From: Spirochaetia bacterium
Lineage (GTDB): Bacteria > Spirochaetota > Spirochaetia > SP-2023
NCBI GenBank assembly: GCA_965225855.1
Contig: CBDDCK010000004.1
Location: 256,001 to 320,000 of the forward strand
Length of the DNA: 64,000 bases
Direction of reading: 5' to 3'
Positions 62,777 through 64,000 of this stretch are shown here, piece by piece (the first letter of the stretch is position 1; the number at the start of each line of letters is the position of its first letter). The notes below the pieces were generated by a model. It ran no database searches. It saw only the letters and a program-made list of their open reading frames with translations, and was not told the DNA's origin. A program made the translations under genes and the position numbers.

Positions 62777-64000
62777 ATGAGCTTGATACAAAAGGGCATT
62801 GACCGTGGTTTAATTACATTTGACAATGAGAAAAAAACTATAACCTATGTTCACCAAAATAAAAGGCGTAACTACAACAGACCAGAAGAACAAGTACAAG
62901 CGGAATCTTTTCTCAAACTGGTTTTGGACTATGGCTACAGCCCTAAGCGAATTGAACAATTTGTAGCGGTAACAATGGGTGCTGATACCAGAGAAGCGGA
63001 TATTATCGTGTACAACGATGATCAACATCACTCTGCCCATATTGTGGTTGAATGTAAGAAAGAAGATGTTTCGGAACTAGAATTTCAGCAGGCTATAGCT
63101 CAAGCCTTTAGTTATGCCGCTACTGGCACGGTGAGAGCGAAATATTTCTGGGTAACCTCCAGAATAAAAAATACTTGTTTTGCAATACCCGAACAAGAAC
63201 CGAAGAACTATCGTTCTATTCCGGACATACCCAGATATGGTGCGGATAAACCAACCGAGTATAAATATGCCAAAGGTGGTGTTTCTACAGATGGGCAAAC
63301 CTTATTTGAGCTAGAACAGGTTACGGAAAGCGACCTTACCCAAATATTTAAGCAAGCCCATAATTCCCTTTGGGGTGGTGGTGAGCTAAACCCTTCCGAA
63401 GCCTTTGACGTCTTCTGATTTGTTCAGACTTTTGTTGGTTTCTACAGATGGGCAAACCTTATTTGAGCTAGAACAGGTTACGGAAAGCGACCTTACCCAA
63501 ATATTTAAGCAAGCCCATAATTCCCTTTGGGGTGGTGGTGAGCTAAACCCTTCCGAAGCCTTTGACGAGTTGGATAAGCTGATATTTTGCAAAATGTGGG
63601 ACGAAGGCAAACCGCGTATAAAAGGCGAGCCGTACGACTTCCAGATATTTAGCAAAAGTACGGAAGAACAAACAAAAACAGCATTACAGCAACGCATCAA
63701 TAAGTTGTATAAAGAAGGGCGCGAAAAAGATCGGGAAGTATTTAAAGATAATATACGCTTGAGTAAAGAGAAACTATATACCGTTGTCGGTTATCTGCAA
63801 GGTATCCATTTAGGCGATACCGATTTAGACAGCAAAGGCAGGGCTTTTGAAACTTTTATGGGCTCGTTCTTTCGCGGTGATTTTGGCCAATACTTTACCC
63901 CACGCCCGATTGTCAAATTTATTGTCGATACCTTGCCGATTAACCATAATTCAAAGGTGCTAGATACTTCCTGCGGCAGTGGCGGTTTTTTATTACACGC
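62777..64000 (+). pseudogene. HsdR-N-domain + N6-adenine methyltransferase (HsdM-like), disrupted by an internal duplication; runs off the window end
   Basis: PEEQV, ADIIVY, IVVECKK nuclease-like motif; after the duplication ELDKLIFCK, KGRAFE, GQYFTPRPIV, LDTSCGSGGFL. Confidence 0.85.
63281..63567 (+). repeat. Perfect 130-bp direct duplication with 27-bp spacer
   Basis: 63281-63410 = 63438-63567; spacer TCTTCTGATTTGTTCAGACTTTTGTTG introduces TGA; net +157 bp shifts the frame. Confidence 0.95.

Overview
AT-rich bacterial chromosome window, most consistent with a spirochaete. Support: lipobox lipoproteins, the rpmG-tRNA-Trp-secE-nusG-rplKAJL-rpoBC order, RpoB Asn at E. coli position 531, and a sigma54-type promoter in front of an RpoS-like sigma factor. 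Core blocks: PBP + Maf-like gene, rpoBC/ribosomal-protein cluster, three tRNAs, htrA, pyk, rrf2-sufBCD. Accessory blocks: (i) an orphan TRAP/ABC catabolic operon with a non-canonical enolase-superfamily enzyme, a creatininase-like enzyme, RidA and a YheO-type regulator; (ii) a sugar/L-fucose island between tRNA-Thr and tRNA-Ser that is visibly decaying (fucK remnant, deleted fucU, truncated binding protein, frameshifted aldo-keto reductase); (iii) repeat-rich surface lipoproteins, two of which share a conserved 5' leader 47 kb apart; (iv) a defence island at the right end (hsdS remnant, palindromic tandem repeat, ABC-ATPase+TOPRIM pair, TIR-like effector, HU-like/Ig protein, restriction-methylase broken by a 130-bp duplication). 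The most unusual structure is genes sitting between direct repeats of a whole promoter or promoter-RBS-ATG unit, plus duplications separated by 27-28 nt of unrelated sequence. Family names come from motif recognition by eye; no database searches were run.
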